From: a virus | Taxonomy: Duplodnaviria; Caudoviricetes | IMG/VR virus record: IMGVR_UViG_3300037608_000205 | Coordinates: 1 to 50,131 of that record | Strand: one strand, 5' to 3' | Length of the DNA stretch: 50,131 bases | Shown: positions 9,604 to 18,842 of the stretch, piece by piece | Layout: the number at the start of each line of letters is the position of its first letter | How positions within the stretch are numbered: the first letter of the stretch is position 1 | Position numbers and translations under genes: made by a program | Notes under the pieces: generated by a model | Databases searched by the model: none | The model's input: only the letters and a program-made list of their open reading frames with translations | Told to the model about the DNA's origin: nothing

Positions 9604-11784
9604 CTAAAGACCCGTTGCCGCCGCCAGCTGTTTGTTCAACAGATCGATCTCATGCCTGGCTTGAGAGAAGCTTTGCACATTGAAGGTCAGGTTGGTTGTC
9701 CTACCATCCCCCATAGCAGCGCCATCTTCAAACGCGCCCATCCTTTGTTGGAAGGCGCCTTCCATTTCAAGCCCTGTCCTCGCCGTGAGCCCGCTTGCCA
9801 TGCGGTCCATCGCTGTTCTTACGAGGCTTGAATGGCTGGTGATGCCTTCCGCTATTCCAGCCGGCAGCCATTTTCCTACCTCATCTGCCATAACTTTTGA
9901 CGGTGAGCTGATGCCGAGTGCGCTTTTAATCCCTGAAATGACGGATCCGGAAAACTCCCTGATTTTTGCCTTGATCCAGCTCATCATCCCATTCATGCCG
10001 TTCCATAATCCGGTCACCAAATCTTTGCCCACCTGCAGCATTTCCTTGGGCAGTGCCTTGAAGTAACCAGCGATGTTTGCCACAACCTTTGGCAGCTCCT
10101 CGCTTGCTTTTGTGATAAGGTTTCCTGCCCATGTTCCTATCGTGCTGACAGCATCTGAAATGGTTGCTGCGATAATCCCCGGCAGGGAGGCGAAATAGGT
10201 TACTATGCTATTGATCACAATTGGAATATTTAAAACCACCCAGCCAGCGAGGTTTGTACCAAAAAGGTAAATGGCGTTCAATACATCCGCCACCGTTTCT
10301 CCTATTCTGACCGGTAGTGCGGCAAAGAACTGAACGATACTGTCAATAACAGCCGGTATGGTTTCTGCAACCCACGCGGTAAGGCCCATCCCGAACTTCA
10401 AGATATTTCCGATGAGAAGACCAAGTGCGAAGCCAATAGTCGAAGGCAAATCATCAAAAAATAGTGTGATTGCTAAAATAGCCTCTTCAAATGAAGACAC
10501 CACCTTTTCCCATAGCCCTATAAAGAACAGTTTGATGGCGTCCCAATGCTGATAGATCAAGAGCGGAAGCCCTATAAAAGGCACCAGCACCGCCAGAATC
10601 AATCCTCCCCACTGGCTAAAAAAGCTTTGAAGCCAGCTCCAGAGTCCGGAAAAGAAATTCTTGATGCCTTCCCACGCCCCGATAAATGTCTCACTGACAC
10701 TTTCCCAAAGCCTGATGAAGAAATGGCTGATTTCATCCCAGTTGCTGACAATCAGATAGGCTGCCGCTGCAATGGCGGTAATAGCCAGAAGGGCTATCCC
10801 TCCAGGTCCAATCAGTGCACCCAATGCAGATACTAGTCCACCGCCTTTTGATAATACACCGGCCGCTTTTCCGACAGCGCCGACCATCCCGCCAAGCCCC
10901 GTGGTAATTCCCCCAACGATGGATAGGGCTGGTCCTATTGCGGCCGCTATTGCCGCCATTGTCAGGATGAATTTCTGTGTGCCTTCGTCCATTTCGGAGA
11001 AGCTTTGAATGAAATGGCTCATTTTCTGAAGGATCGGTGTGATGATTGGCAGAAGATTCTGCCCCAGTGTCGCAGCCGCTTCCTTCAATGATTCCTGAAA
11101 AATCCTGATCTGGTTGGCTGTGCCTTCGCTGGTTCTTGCAAAGTCGCCTTGTGCATTTTTGGTGGCGTCCATGACATAGGCATAGCGAAGAGCCACCTTT
11201 TCAGCCTGGTTCATCTCATCGTAAGCTTTTTCCTGGCCTGTTGCCAAAGCATAGGCTTTAAGCGTGCTGTCTTGCATGATAATTCCCAGTGTTTTGAGCG
11301 ATTCGCCTTCCCCTGTGAAGATGCCTTTGAGGGCAGTTTGCGCCTGATCGATGCCGATATTTTTAAAGGAAGCAAGATCTCCTGCAAGTCCCACCAGACT
11401 CTGTGACATTTCAGCGGCATCAGCCGGTGTCTGTCCCATGGCGGTTCCCATATCCCCAAACAAGGCAGCCATATCCAGTGCGCTTCCCTTGGCGATTCCG
11501 AAGGTTTTCAGGGTGGAGTCCGACCACTTTTTCACTTCATCGGCTGAGTCCTGAAAGGCCACATTGACTTTGTTGGTGGCCTCTTCCAGGTCTGAGGCGA
11601 ATTTAATAGAAGCCGCAGCCGCTCCGACGATGGGCAGGGTCACTCCCATCGTGAGTTTAGATCCAAGCGCTGATATTTCACTTCCGGCGTTTTTCAGTTC
11701 TCTGGAAGCTTTCTTCAGGCCCTTTTGCATATCCGTCAGGTCCGCTCCGACCTTGACCATTAATGATCGAATGACTGAGCTCAT
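9604..11784 (-). CDS. Tape measure protein
   Basis: 726 aa Ala/Gly-rich helical protein with periodic W/F repeats and LGISSPSKVM motif. Confidence 0.9.
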   Translation of the reverse strand: MSSVIRSLMVKVGADLTDMQKGLKKASRELKNAGSEISALGSKLTMGVTLPIVGAAAASIKFASDLEEATNKVNVAFQDSADEVKKWSDSTLKTFGIAKGSALDMAALFGDMGTAMGQTPADAAEMSQSLVGLAGDLASFKNIGIDQAQTALKGIFTGEGESLKTLGIIMQDSTLKAYALATGQEKAYDEMNQAEKVALRYAYVMDATKNAQGDFARTSEGTANQIRIFQESLKEAAATLGQNLLPIITPILQKMSHFIQSFSEMDEGTQKFILTMAAIAAAIGPALSIVGGITTGLGGMVGAVGKAAGVLSKGGGLVSALGALIGPGGIALLAITAIAAAAYLIVSNWDEISHFFIRLWESVSETFIGAWEGIKNFFSGLWSWLQSFFSQWGGLILAVLVPFIGLPLLIYQHWDAIKLFFIGLWEKVVSSFEEAILAITLFFDDLPSTIGFALGLLIGNILKFGMGLTAWVAETIPAVIDSIVQFFAALPVRIGETVADVLNAIYLFGTNLAGWVVLNIPIVINSIVTYFASLPGIIAATISDAVSTIGTWAGNLITKASEELPKVVANIAGYFKALPKEMLQVGKDLVTGLWNGMNGMMSWIKAKIREFSGSVISGIKSALGISSPSKVMADEVGKWLPAGIAEGITSHSSLVRTAMDRMASGLTARTGLEMEGAFQQRMGAFEDGAAMGDGRTTNLTFNVQSFSQARHEIDLLNKQLAAATGL

Positions 11785-12218
11785 CTTAACCCTCCCATCT
11801 TGTCGAGTGCCTGATACATGGCATCGGCAATAGCCTTCACGACCTCTTCCTTGCTTTCATCCGCAGCCGGACGTAAAAAGGGACGCGCTTTGACAACGCC
11901 CACTTTCGTTCCATTGATGACAATGTTGTGACCGAGTTCAAGGGGAACGGCATAGGCGGCACCCTTTGAAAAGGTAACCTTGGAGAATACCCGATACGGA
12001 TACTTGGCGCTTCTTTTAGCCTTGATGACTTTCAATCGTCTCTTGACATTGCCCGTATCCACAGGCACGAACCGAACCGCCTTTTGAAGGACCTCTTTCC
12101 CACCTTCGTTCGAACCCTGCATCACATAAGGCATGGCTTCGTCTCCCAGCCTCTTGAAAGCTGAAATCAGCTCATCGAGGCCTTCTATCGTTGTCTGGCT
12201 TTTACTGTATATCGTCAT
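11781..12218 (-). CDS. HK97 gp10-like tail component
   Basis: IEGLDEL, PVDTG, LELG, ARPFLRPA motifs. Confidence 0.8.
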   Translation of the reverse strand: MTIYSKSQTTIEGLDELISAFKRLGDEAMPYVMQGSNEGGKEVLQKAVRFVPVDTGNVKRRLKVIKAKRSAKYPYRVFSKVTFSKGAAYAVPLELGHNIVINGTKVGVVKARPFLRPAADESKEEVVKAIADAMYQALDKMGGLR

Positions 12219-12561
12219 AAACCGCGATTACCTCCCCGCCAAATGCCGCATTCAGCAGCTTGGCCATATTCATCATTTCCTCATCGCTTTGCCGCTTGCC
12301 GGCTGCTTTTTCTTCTATTAGCAGACTGCCTAAAGCAGGCAGTCTTTTCTGCCGGGCAAGGGCCTCGATATGCCAGGCGAGAAACACCAGCTCGTTCATC
12401 TTCCTTTTTTGGTGCCGAAGCCGATTCTCAGCCATGGTTGCCAGCTCCGCATAGGTGAGCCTCCAAAACGCCTTTGGTTTCAGTGAAAGCTCGCCAACCC
12501 CGATAGCAAATTCCGCCGAGAAGTCCAGCCAGTCCGGCTTTACCTCTTCGGCGGATTGTCG
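12202..12561 (-). CDS. Tail assembly chaperone GT extension (reached by -1 frameshift)
   Basis: The -1 frame is open from the slippery site: RQSAEEVKPDWLDF...LKPKAFWRLTYAELATMAENR..., continuous with ORF 12202-12435. Confidence 0.8.
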   Translation of the reverse strand, partial: RQSAEEVKPDWLDFSAEFAIGVGELSLKPKAFWRLTYAELATMAENRLRHQKRKMNELVFLAWHIEALARQKRLPALGSLLIEEKAAGKRQSDEEMMNMAKLLNAAFGGEVIAVYDDIQ

Positions 12562-12860
12562 TTTGGGCGGTCGTTCTCCTTTTGAAACGCCGCCTTGATG
12601 GCTTTTGTGATAGCCGCGATGACCTCGGTGATGCTATCCGCATGCTCGTCAATCAGCTCGCAGGTCTTTTCCAGGGTCAGCTCCTTGTCCTCTTGCCTGA
12701 GCATGATCCACAGTATTTTCGAGCAGACATCCATGGACATCTCATCGCCTAGTTCCATAAGCTTGATGCCGGTTACCTGCTCGAACTCCACCATAGCGCC
12801 CATGCCAAAGCGCAGCTTTCTAGGCTTGTCCAGATTGATCATAATAAAGGGTATGGCCAT
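12540..12860 (-). CDS. Tail assembly chaperone G
   Basis: Small acidic protein immediately after the major tail protein gene; contains the slippery site. Confidence 0.8.
   Translation of the reverse strand: MAIPFIMINLDKPRKLRFGMGAMVEFEQVTGIKLMELGDEMSMDVCSKILWIMLRQEDKELTLEKTCELIDEHADSITEVIAAITKAIKAAFQKENDRPNDNPPKR
12561..12567 (-). other. Programmed -1 ribosomal frameshift heptamer C CCA AAC
   Basis: X XXY YYZ heptamer in the correct frame (CGC CCA AAC) near the 3' end of the chaperone gene. Confidence 0.82.
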
Positions 12861-12917
12861 AAACTTTTCCTCCTAACAAAACGAAAGAGCAGATTCTAAG
12901 CCGCTCTCCCGTTATCC

Positions 12918-13631
12918 TTACGGACGGTTGATTCGAATGGTGTAGACCTTCGGTGCTTTATTAGCTTCCTGGACAGTGATGGTGACAATGGTCACGCTGA
13001 CCGCTGATCCCAAGACAATCGCGCTTGATGCCGATCCGGAAGCGACCACTTGGCTGGCGCCGTTTGCTGTGATGGTGATGGTGCCGGAAGAAGCGGTCGG
13101 CGTCATCGTCACGCTTGAGACGCCCGTGAGTACAGAAGCTACATAGTCGGTCGTGCCTATCGCAAAAGCGGGAGCGAGCACCGCGGAGTTGGAGATGTTA
13201 ATCGCGGACAATCCGTTTGATGTTGCCACTGAAAAAACAGGCTTTCCTGTCGGTTTGATGGTGGCTGAAAAGGGGATCTTGTCGTCGATAGGCGCATCCC
13301 CGATTTTCAGATTTGTGATGAAACCTTGAAAGCTCCATGAGCTGCCTGTTGATGCCGGGAAAGTGATCACCCCGGTTCTAGCCGTTCGTCCGTTCAGATC
13401 CGCAAGCATCGCCTGCTGACCCGAGACATCGGTGTAGTCGAATTGCCCCTCGATGCTGACCTCTCCCGGATCAATGAGTCCGGGCAGGATTTCTTTATAG
13501 TAGTTGGCGGACTGGTGCGTGGTAACATCGATGGTGTCCACCGAAAGCTCAATGCCGTTGATGGCGGTAAGCCCGGCTACCAAGGTTCCATTCCAAGAAA
13601 ATGTTGTTCCAAATGCGTGTGTTCCTGGCAT
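12918..13631 (-). CDS. Major tail (tube) protein with C-terminal cadherin/Ig-like beta-sandwich
   Basis: IDVTTH...PGLIDPGEVSIEG tube motifs; C-terminal LSAINIS...LAPAF...YTIRINR Ig-like domain. Confidence 0.85.
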   Translation of the reverse strand: MPGTHAFGTTFSWNGTLVAGLTAINGIELSVDTIDVTTHQSANYYKEILPGLIDPGEVSIEGQFDYTDVSGQQAMLADLNGRTARTGVITFPASTGSSWSFQGFITNLKIGDAPIDDKIPFSATIKPTGKPVFSVATSNGLSAINISNSAVLAPAFAIGTTDYVASVLTGVSSVTMTPTASSGTITITANGASQVVASGSASSAIVLGSAVSVTIVTITVQEANKAPKVYTIRINRP

Positions 13632-13636
13632 TTATC

Positions 13637-14041
13637 TCACCTCTTTAAGTAGTTGATTTCAAATTCCAATAGTTCCGTGTATATCTTAAGGGTCCCATCA
13701 GAGCTTCTTTCAAGATTTGAAAGCTCGTTTTCAAGCCGGATGTACTGAATATCAAGTCCGGACAGGACTCCCTGAAAGTCGCATAAGGCTAATTTCAGCT
13801 GATTGGCTACCGCTCTAGCGGCTTTCTTTGAACCCGCAAAGGCTGAGAATTCAAACATAGGCCTTTCCAGACGGTTTTGACCGACGAGGGTATGCTGCTT
13901 CACATCGCTGACCTTGCTGTAGATGACGGCTGGAAGGTTAACCCCTTGGGGAAGCTCGTCAGGATAGAGCTTGTCGCCAATAAGAGAAACAAGTCCCGGA
14001 TAGTCAAACAGGTAGGCAGTCAATGCTTCTTCCAGCTCCAT
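13637..14041 (-). CDS. Tail completion/terminator protein (DUF3168-like)
   Basis: LYPDELPQ...PAVIY motif; position before the major tail protein. Confidence 0.75.
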   Translation of the reverse strand: MELEEALTAYLFDYPGLVSLIGDKLYPDELPQGVNLPAVIYSKVSDVKQHTLVGQNRLERPMFEFSAFAGSKKAARAVANQLKLALCDFQGVLSGLDIQYIRLENELSNLERSSDGTLKIYTELLEFEINYLKR

Positions 14042-14358
14042 CAGACCACCTCCTTGCACATCAGCACCAGCGCTATGTTTTTTTCATCCTGATTGATGAT
14101 GGATAGAATTTCAAAGATCCTGTCATTAAACAGCACTCTCATCTTGGTGTCAATTCCCGATTGATAGCGGAGGGTCACCTTTGATGAGATCTCTGCATTG
14201 ATCTGTTTGAAGGCTACAAATTCCTTGCCTGACAAGGGCGTTACGTCGGCCCAAATTTCAGACACCTGCACCCATTCAAAAATTTCTGCGCCAAAGCTGT
14301 CACGGGTAATACGACTTTCTTCTAGAATGATCCGGTGTCTCAGTCTTCCGATCTGCAT
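14041..14358 (-). CDS. Head closure / head-tail adaptor (SPP1 gp16-like)
   Basis: GRLRHRI, WADVTPLSGKE, MRVLFNDRIFEI motifs. Confidence 0.85.
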   Translation of the reverse strand: MQIGRLRHRIILEESRITRDSFGAEIFEWVQVSEIWADVTPLSGKEFVAFKQINAEISSKVTLRYQSGIDTKMRVLFNDRIFEILSIINQDEKNIALVLMCKEVV

Positions 14359-14421
14359 GGCATTCCTCCTAAAATAAAATAAGGACCTTGGATAAATACC
14401 TCAGTCCTGATGGTTAACATG

Positions 14422-14446
14422 AAAAAACACCCCTTTCGGAGTGTTC
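14422..14446 (-). terminator. Intrinsic terminator of DUF2089-like moron
   Basis: Minus strand AACACTCC-GAAA-GGGGTGTT-TTTT. Confidence 0.8.
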
Positions 14447-14460
14447 AAGATTTGTAGTTT

Positions 14461-15573
14461 TTATTTTCTAATATGGATTTGGGTTTTGCCATTCGGTCTC
14501 TTTTGATATTCATTTAGAAACATCTCTAGTTTTTCTGTCAATTCATCTTTGACTTTGCCCTGTGCAATTGTAAAATATTTTTGAAGAATCCTTTCAGTAT
14601 CACGTCCATCTAGATCCGTACTGAATCCTTCCAGATAAGCCTTAGTATTCATTTGTTTGTATCCGATGAATTTACTTGGCGCGAAGCTATCAAGCTCTTC
14701 AAAATAGTACCAATGCCTGAAAAAATTGAGCTTATTTTCGATTGCATCTGATAGTTTCAAACCAGTTAAAAACGTTTTGGCATTTTCCAATACTTCTTCA
14801 TAGGATTCAACGAAAACATTTTCTGAAACCAAGCTTAATGTCGATCCTCTTTTGTTGACAAAGATTCCAACCCAGTCCAGTACAGCTGCGATAACAAACC
14901 CAGGACTGTATGCGGATTCACCCATGGCAATACCGTGAACCTCATGTGCAATATACCCTTCAAGTGAATTCATTGGCAGCTTTTCACTTCCAAGTTTACC
15001 TGCTCTTGCATAGCCCTTGTATAATTCTCCATCCTGTGCAACAGCAATATTGTATGCAGCTATAAAGGCATCCCAAGTCAGCTGATTCGCAACCGGTATT
15101 TTATCGCATTCTAGGCCGTTGCCATCTTTATCAAACCATATTTTGGCTTTGTTGCCGGCAGTTATAAGGTTTATGGTAGCAGTTCCTCCGCTCATGTTAA
15201 GCTTGTCCTTGATTCTTTTGATCACAAAGTGGTCATTCTCATTGATGAGTACAGATCCAATGCTATCTTCATTGTCATCACTCATTGATAAAAAAGCCTC
15301 TTTTTCATCCTTAAGTTCAAGTTTAATGAGTATATCCGATAATATTTGCTTTGCTTTTAAATACGTAATGCCTAGTTGGGCCTGAACATCTTTAAAGCTT
15401 CCTTCATTCAGAAGAAAAAGATTTACATATGCCATTTCCTCTTTTGTTAGAAAAGAGAATCTATTCATATTAAAATCTCCGGTCAAATCCAGCTTACAGT
15501 TATTGCAGCTCAGTTTTGTCACCATCAGTCTTTCATGGCATACCGGGCAAAAACCAACGACTTCTTTTTCCAT
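14461..15573 (-). CDS. Moron: DUF2089-like (Zn ribbon + HTH) N-terminus fused to uncharacterised domains
   Basis: CPVC...CNNC...GSFKDVQAQLGITY DUF2089-like pattern. AT-rich, with own terminator, inserted between two head-tail joining genes. Confidence 0.7.
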   Translation of the reverse strand: MEKEVVGFCPVCHERLMVTKLSCNNCKLDLTGDFNMNRFSFLTKEEMAYVNLFLLNEGSFKDVQAQLGITYLKAKQILSDILIKLELKDEKEAFLSMSDDNEDSIGSVLINENDHFVIKRIKDKLNMSGGTATINLITAGNKAKIWFDKDGNGLECDKIPVANQLTWDAFIAAYNIAVAQDGELYKGYARAGKLGSEKLPMNSLEGYIAHEVHGIAMGESAYSPGFVIAAVLDWVGIFVNKRGSTLSLVSENVFVESYEEVLENAKTFLTGLKLSDAIENKLNFFRHWYYFEELDSFAPSKFIGYKQMNTKAYLEGFSTDLDGRDTERILQKYFTIAQGKVKDELTEKLEMFLNEYQKRPNGKTQIHIRK

Positions 15574-15631
15574 GAGCGCACCTCTTTTTCTTTTATTTGT
15601 TTAAATTATATGTTATGTGAGCTCATTTGTA

Positions 15632-15662
15632 AATATGTGATTAATATTATTATTCACATATT
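15632..15662. promoter_or_regulatory. 31-bp imperfect palindrome (putative operator) upstream of moron
   Basis: AATATGTGATTAATA-T-TATTATTCACATATT; 14 of 15 arm positions complementary. Confidence 0.6.
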
Positions 15663-15699
15663 GAATTTAATTTATTATGTCCTTATTTTATACCTTCTT

Positions 15700-15978
15700 T
15701 TACCAGACAACTTCCCTGTATGAAAAAAGCAGCTCTTTCAAGACGTCATTTAACGACTCGGTGTCCAGCTCGTTTCTTTCCTCATAAAACCTTGAAGCGG
15801 CATAGTAGATGGCATGCTTGACCAGCTCGGGGACGTTTCCCTCAAAATTACTTAAAGGAAAGCGAAGGATTCCTTCAACCAGATCCTCCGCTGCCTGAAT
15901 GAAGCTTTCGATGAGCGCATCCTCGTCATTTGACTCGACTCGCATCCATTTTTTAGTATTTTCAAGTGTAACGACCAA
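15700..15978 (-). CDS. Head-tail connector (gp6/gp15-like)
   Basis: VTLENTKKWMRVE..DEDALIE...FYEERN motif. Confidence 0.85.
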   Translation of the reverse strand: MVVTLENTKKWMRVESNDEDALIESFIQAAEDLVEGILRFPLSNFEGNVPELVKHAIYYAASRFYEERNELDTESLNDVLKELLFSYREVVW

Positions 15979-15996
15979 TGCGCCTGCCTCCTTTCA

Positions 15997-16224
15997 TTAT
16001 TCAGATGCCATTAGCCCAGCGGCTTTCAGCTTTGCCAACAAGGCATTGAAATCAACAACCAGTCCTGCGATGGTGCTTGCGGTGCTGTCGGCTTGTAAAG
16101 CTGCGGTTTTAATCTCTTTCCCTGCAAGGGTGAGTTTCCCGTTTGCGGTGATCTCCAATTCTCCGCCGATGACGGTTTTCTCGCCGCCCTGCTCGGTATA
16201 GTTTTTAACACTGCTCATTCTCAT
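15997..16224 (-). CDS. Head fibre/decoration protein
   Basis: NYTEQGGEKTVIGG...DFNALLAKLKAAGLM; follows the capsid gene. Confidence 0.7.
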   Translation of the reverse strand: MRMSSVKNYTEQGGEKTVIGGELEITANGKLTLAGKEIKTAALQADSTASTIAGLVVDFNALLAKLKAAGLMASE

Positions 16225-16228
16225 TCAC

Positions 16229-17422
16229 CTACGCCTTCTGCTGAAGCACCTTGATGGCTTCTCCCAAGATCAGTTTGCCGTCCAGTCTCTGTGAGGCAAG
16301 GAATCCTACCTGCCCATTGGCGGCGTAGAGCTCATTGAGACGTTTAAAAGTTCTGCCCTGACGGTCTGCAATCCAGTAGTACTTGAAGTCTCCAAAGAGG
16401 ACGGTCTTTGCGGCGGATGCGATTGTCGGCATGTACTGGGATATCAGCACTGGACGGTTGATGATGGTATCAGGGGTTCCAGATTGGACAGAGGGCTGCC
16501 ACAGATACTGCCCCTGACCATCTTTCAGTTTTCTGATGGCTTTGACGGTCGCGTCATTCACTAGGAAAGTTGCTTTTTTTCTGTAGGCTGACTTCAGGCT
16601 GTGATAAAGGTCCAGCACCTCATCAATGGTAATGGCTGTCGCACTGGCGGTAGTAACACCAAGACCTGCTCCTCCCGTTGTATGAAGAAGACCTGTCGGT
16701 TTGCTGCTGGCGTTCCCGGTCAGGAAAGCCTCCTCTTCAGCGGCGCCGATTCTTCTGGCAAACTCAGTGGCGATATAGCCTTCAAGGTCAAAATAGCTGT
16801 CATTGAGAAGCTCATCGGAAACCTTCAGCATGGTCCCCAGTTTATAGGCTGACAGGGTCACCTGTGTGAAGGCGTCATCACTCTCATTAAAGGCTCCCTC
16901 TTCATCCATCCAGGCTGCAGATCCGTGGCTTGCAACCACTGGAATCTTTCTGTCCCCATGGCTTGTGGTGATGACATTGCACAGATTTCTCAACACGTTG
17001 GCTTCCTGTAGGGCTTGAATCAGTTGTTTCTCGTACTCATCCGGCACAAGGTAGCCGCCTTCGGAATCGGTCCCGACCTGAAGGGCGTTCTGAACGGAAA
17101 GGTTCAGCTTGTTTCTCATGGCACCCCAGAAAGCTATTTTGTATCCACCTGACGCCCTACCGGTTTTCTCTTCGATCATCTTCTCCGGTCTTGAGGCAAG
17201 GGGTTTGCTGATGGCAGCTGACAGCTCTCTGTCCATCATTTCCTGACGCTCAAGGCGATCGATTTCCTTGCCAAGGCTGACCACGTCATCCTCCATTTTT
17301 TCATAGACCGCATTGTCCTCCGGTTTGATCAGACCGTTCTCCTGACGATGCTCGTCAAGAAACACCTTGGCTTGCTCCCATACTTGGGCGCGTTTTTCTC
17401 TTAGCTCTTGAATTCTACTCAT
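16229..17422 (-). CDS. Major capsid protein, HK97 family
   Basis: N-terminal delta coiled coil; GGYLVP, LKDGQGQYLWQP, FGDF motifs. Start at 17422 after GGAGG. Confidence 0.95.
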   Translation of the reverse strand: MSRIQELREKRAQVWEQAKVFLDEHRQENGLIKPEDNAVYEKMEDDVVSLGKEIDRLERQEMMDRELSAAISKPLASRPEKMIEEKTGRASGGYKIAFWGAMRNKLNLSVQNALQVGTDSEGGYLVPDEYEKQLIQALQEANVLRNLCNVITTSHGDRKIPVVASHGSAAWMDEEGAFNESDDAFTQVTLSAYKLGTMLKVSDELLNDSYFDLEGYIATEFARRIGAAEEEAFLTGNASSKPTGLLHTTGGAGLGVTTASATAITIDEVLDLYHSLKSAYRKKATFLVNDATVKAIRKLKDGQGQYLWQPSVQSGTPDTIINRPVLISQYMPTIASAAKTVLFGDFKYYWIADRQGRTFKRLNELYAANGQVGFLASQRLDGKLILGEAIKVLQQKA

Positions 17423-17427
17423 ATTCA

Positions 17428-18240
17428 TTACCTCCAATTTTTAATCAACTCCAGCCGTCTTTCCAGCTGGGCAATAGGGATCTGGTTTACTGAAACTACA
17501 GGATCTTTAGGATTTTCATTAACCTGTTCCACGCTTTTTTCCGGTTCTTTTGTCTTATCTTCATCCTCGTTGGCCTTAAGATATTTCATCCTCGCCTGAA
17601 TGCCAGGCAGTTTGTTTCTTAGGGCGTTTGTCACTGTCATCTGGTCAAAGATAAAACCGTTTGATTTTTCATCCGCCTGCTCAGATTCATAGAGAATTTT
17701 ATCGGCAAACTTAAGCTCGACGGCCTTGTGGGCACTCATCCAGGTTTCGGCGTCCATCATGTGTGATATCTTCGCTCTGGATAGGCCCGTCTTTGTCTGA
17801 TAGGCATTGACAATGCTCTCCTTCACTTCACTCAAGAGGTTGATTCCCACTTGAAGATCCGCCACCTCGCCGGCAATAAGCATGGCCGGGTTGTGGATCA
17901 TGATCACAGACAGCGGAGAAACACACACCTCATCGCCTGCCATGGCAATCACTGAAGCGGCACTCGCCGCCAGTCCATCCACATGGACACTCACGTTACC
18001 GGGATACTCCTTTAGCATGTTGTAAATCTGCGCCGCGGCGAAGGTGTCGCCACCTGGCGAGTGTATCTTCACGACGATGTCGTCTGTCTTTGGCCCACTT
18101 GCATAAAGCTCTGTCTTGAATTGTTTCGGGGTGATGTCGTCGTCAAACCAGGAAGACTCCGCAATATATCCTTCAAGGTGCAGGGTTCTTACCGTTGGCT
18201 TATCGGCTTCATTCACCACCCATCGCCAAAATTTATCCAT
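17428..18240 (-). CDS. Prohead maturation protease, ClpP-like
   Basis: IHSPGGD, DGLAASAAS (Ser), MIHNP (His), ETWMSA motifs. Confidence 0.92.
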   Translation of the reverse strand: MDKFWRWVVNEADKPTVRTLHLEGYIAESSWFDDDITPKQFKTELYASGPKTDDIVVKIHSPGGDTFAAAQIYNMLKEYPGNVSVHVDGLAASAASVIAMAGDEVCVSPLSVIMIHNPAMLIAGEVADLQVGINLLSEVKESIVNAYQTKTGLSRAKISHMMDAETWMSAHKAVELKFADKILYESEQADEKSNGFIFDQMTVTNALRNKLPGIQARMKYLKANEDEDKTKEPEKSVEQVNENPKDPVVSVNQIPIAQLERRLELIKNWR

Positions 18241-18265
18241 CTAATCGACCTCCTTTTTTGGCATT

Positions 18266-18295
18266 AAAAAAGCACTCCCCATTTCGAGAAATGCT
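18266..18295 (-). terminator. Intrinsic terminator after cassette copy 1
   Basis: Minus strand AGCATTTCTC-GAAAT-GGGGAGTGCT-TTTTT (G-U pairs). Confidence 0.65.
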
Positions 18296-18450
18296 GTTGA
18301 TGCTTCTAATATGATTTTATCGTTGTCCACAGATAAAGGCCAAACTATATGCATCTTTGTAATAGATTTTCATTTCTAGATTTCTACTAGATTTTTTCAT
18401 TAAGAATCATTGCTAATGTGTACAAAAGATTATCTTCTTATATAGTTTTA

Positions 18451-18842
18451 TCAACTGTATATTTGTTTATCGAGAGAATCAAACGCCTCAAGCTGCTCTT
18501 GCATACCTAAATCTAACTCAGTCTTAATATAACTCCTTTTTTAATTTTGTTATAAAACGAAAATCAGAGAAGAGTCTAGAAACTGTTACAAGCAATCCAC
18601 CAATATCTAGCTGTTAAGGATTTTCAGTTATATATGAGACAGAAATATTACTACTTGTTGCAATAACGTTTGAATACATAAGTACTTTTCTAGTTCTGAC
18701 TTCATAGAACTCTCGGTCTCCATCAACCTCATGATCATAAAATAATCCATGCAACAATCCAATAATCATATTGACAATTATCGAAATCCCTGCTGATGCG
18801 CTTATAATTTTGGTGTCTCTAGCAAAACACAATGCATCATAT
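18451..18842 (-). pseudogene. Truncated remnant (3' part only) of the 466-aa gene at 23330-24730
   Basis: 18531-18842 aligns to 23409-23720 with 17 mismatches in 312 nt by manual count. About 1 kb of the 5' part is missing; AAA->TAA nonsense change at 18614-18616; +1 frameshift near 18530. Confidence 0.88.
18531..18842. repeat. Direct repeat copy 1 (about 94% identical to 23409-23720)
   Basis: Manual ungapped alignment. Confidence 0.9.

Noticed and set aside
18614-18832. Independent 72-aa gene
   Set aside because: It is an internal fragment of the gene B pseudogene ending at a nonsense mutation.
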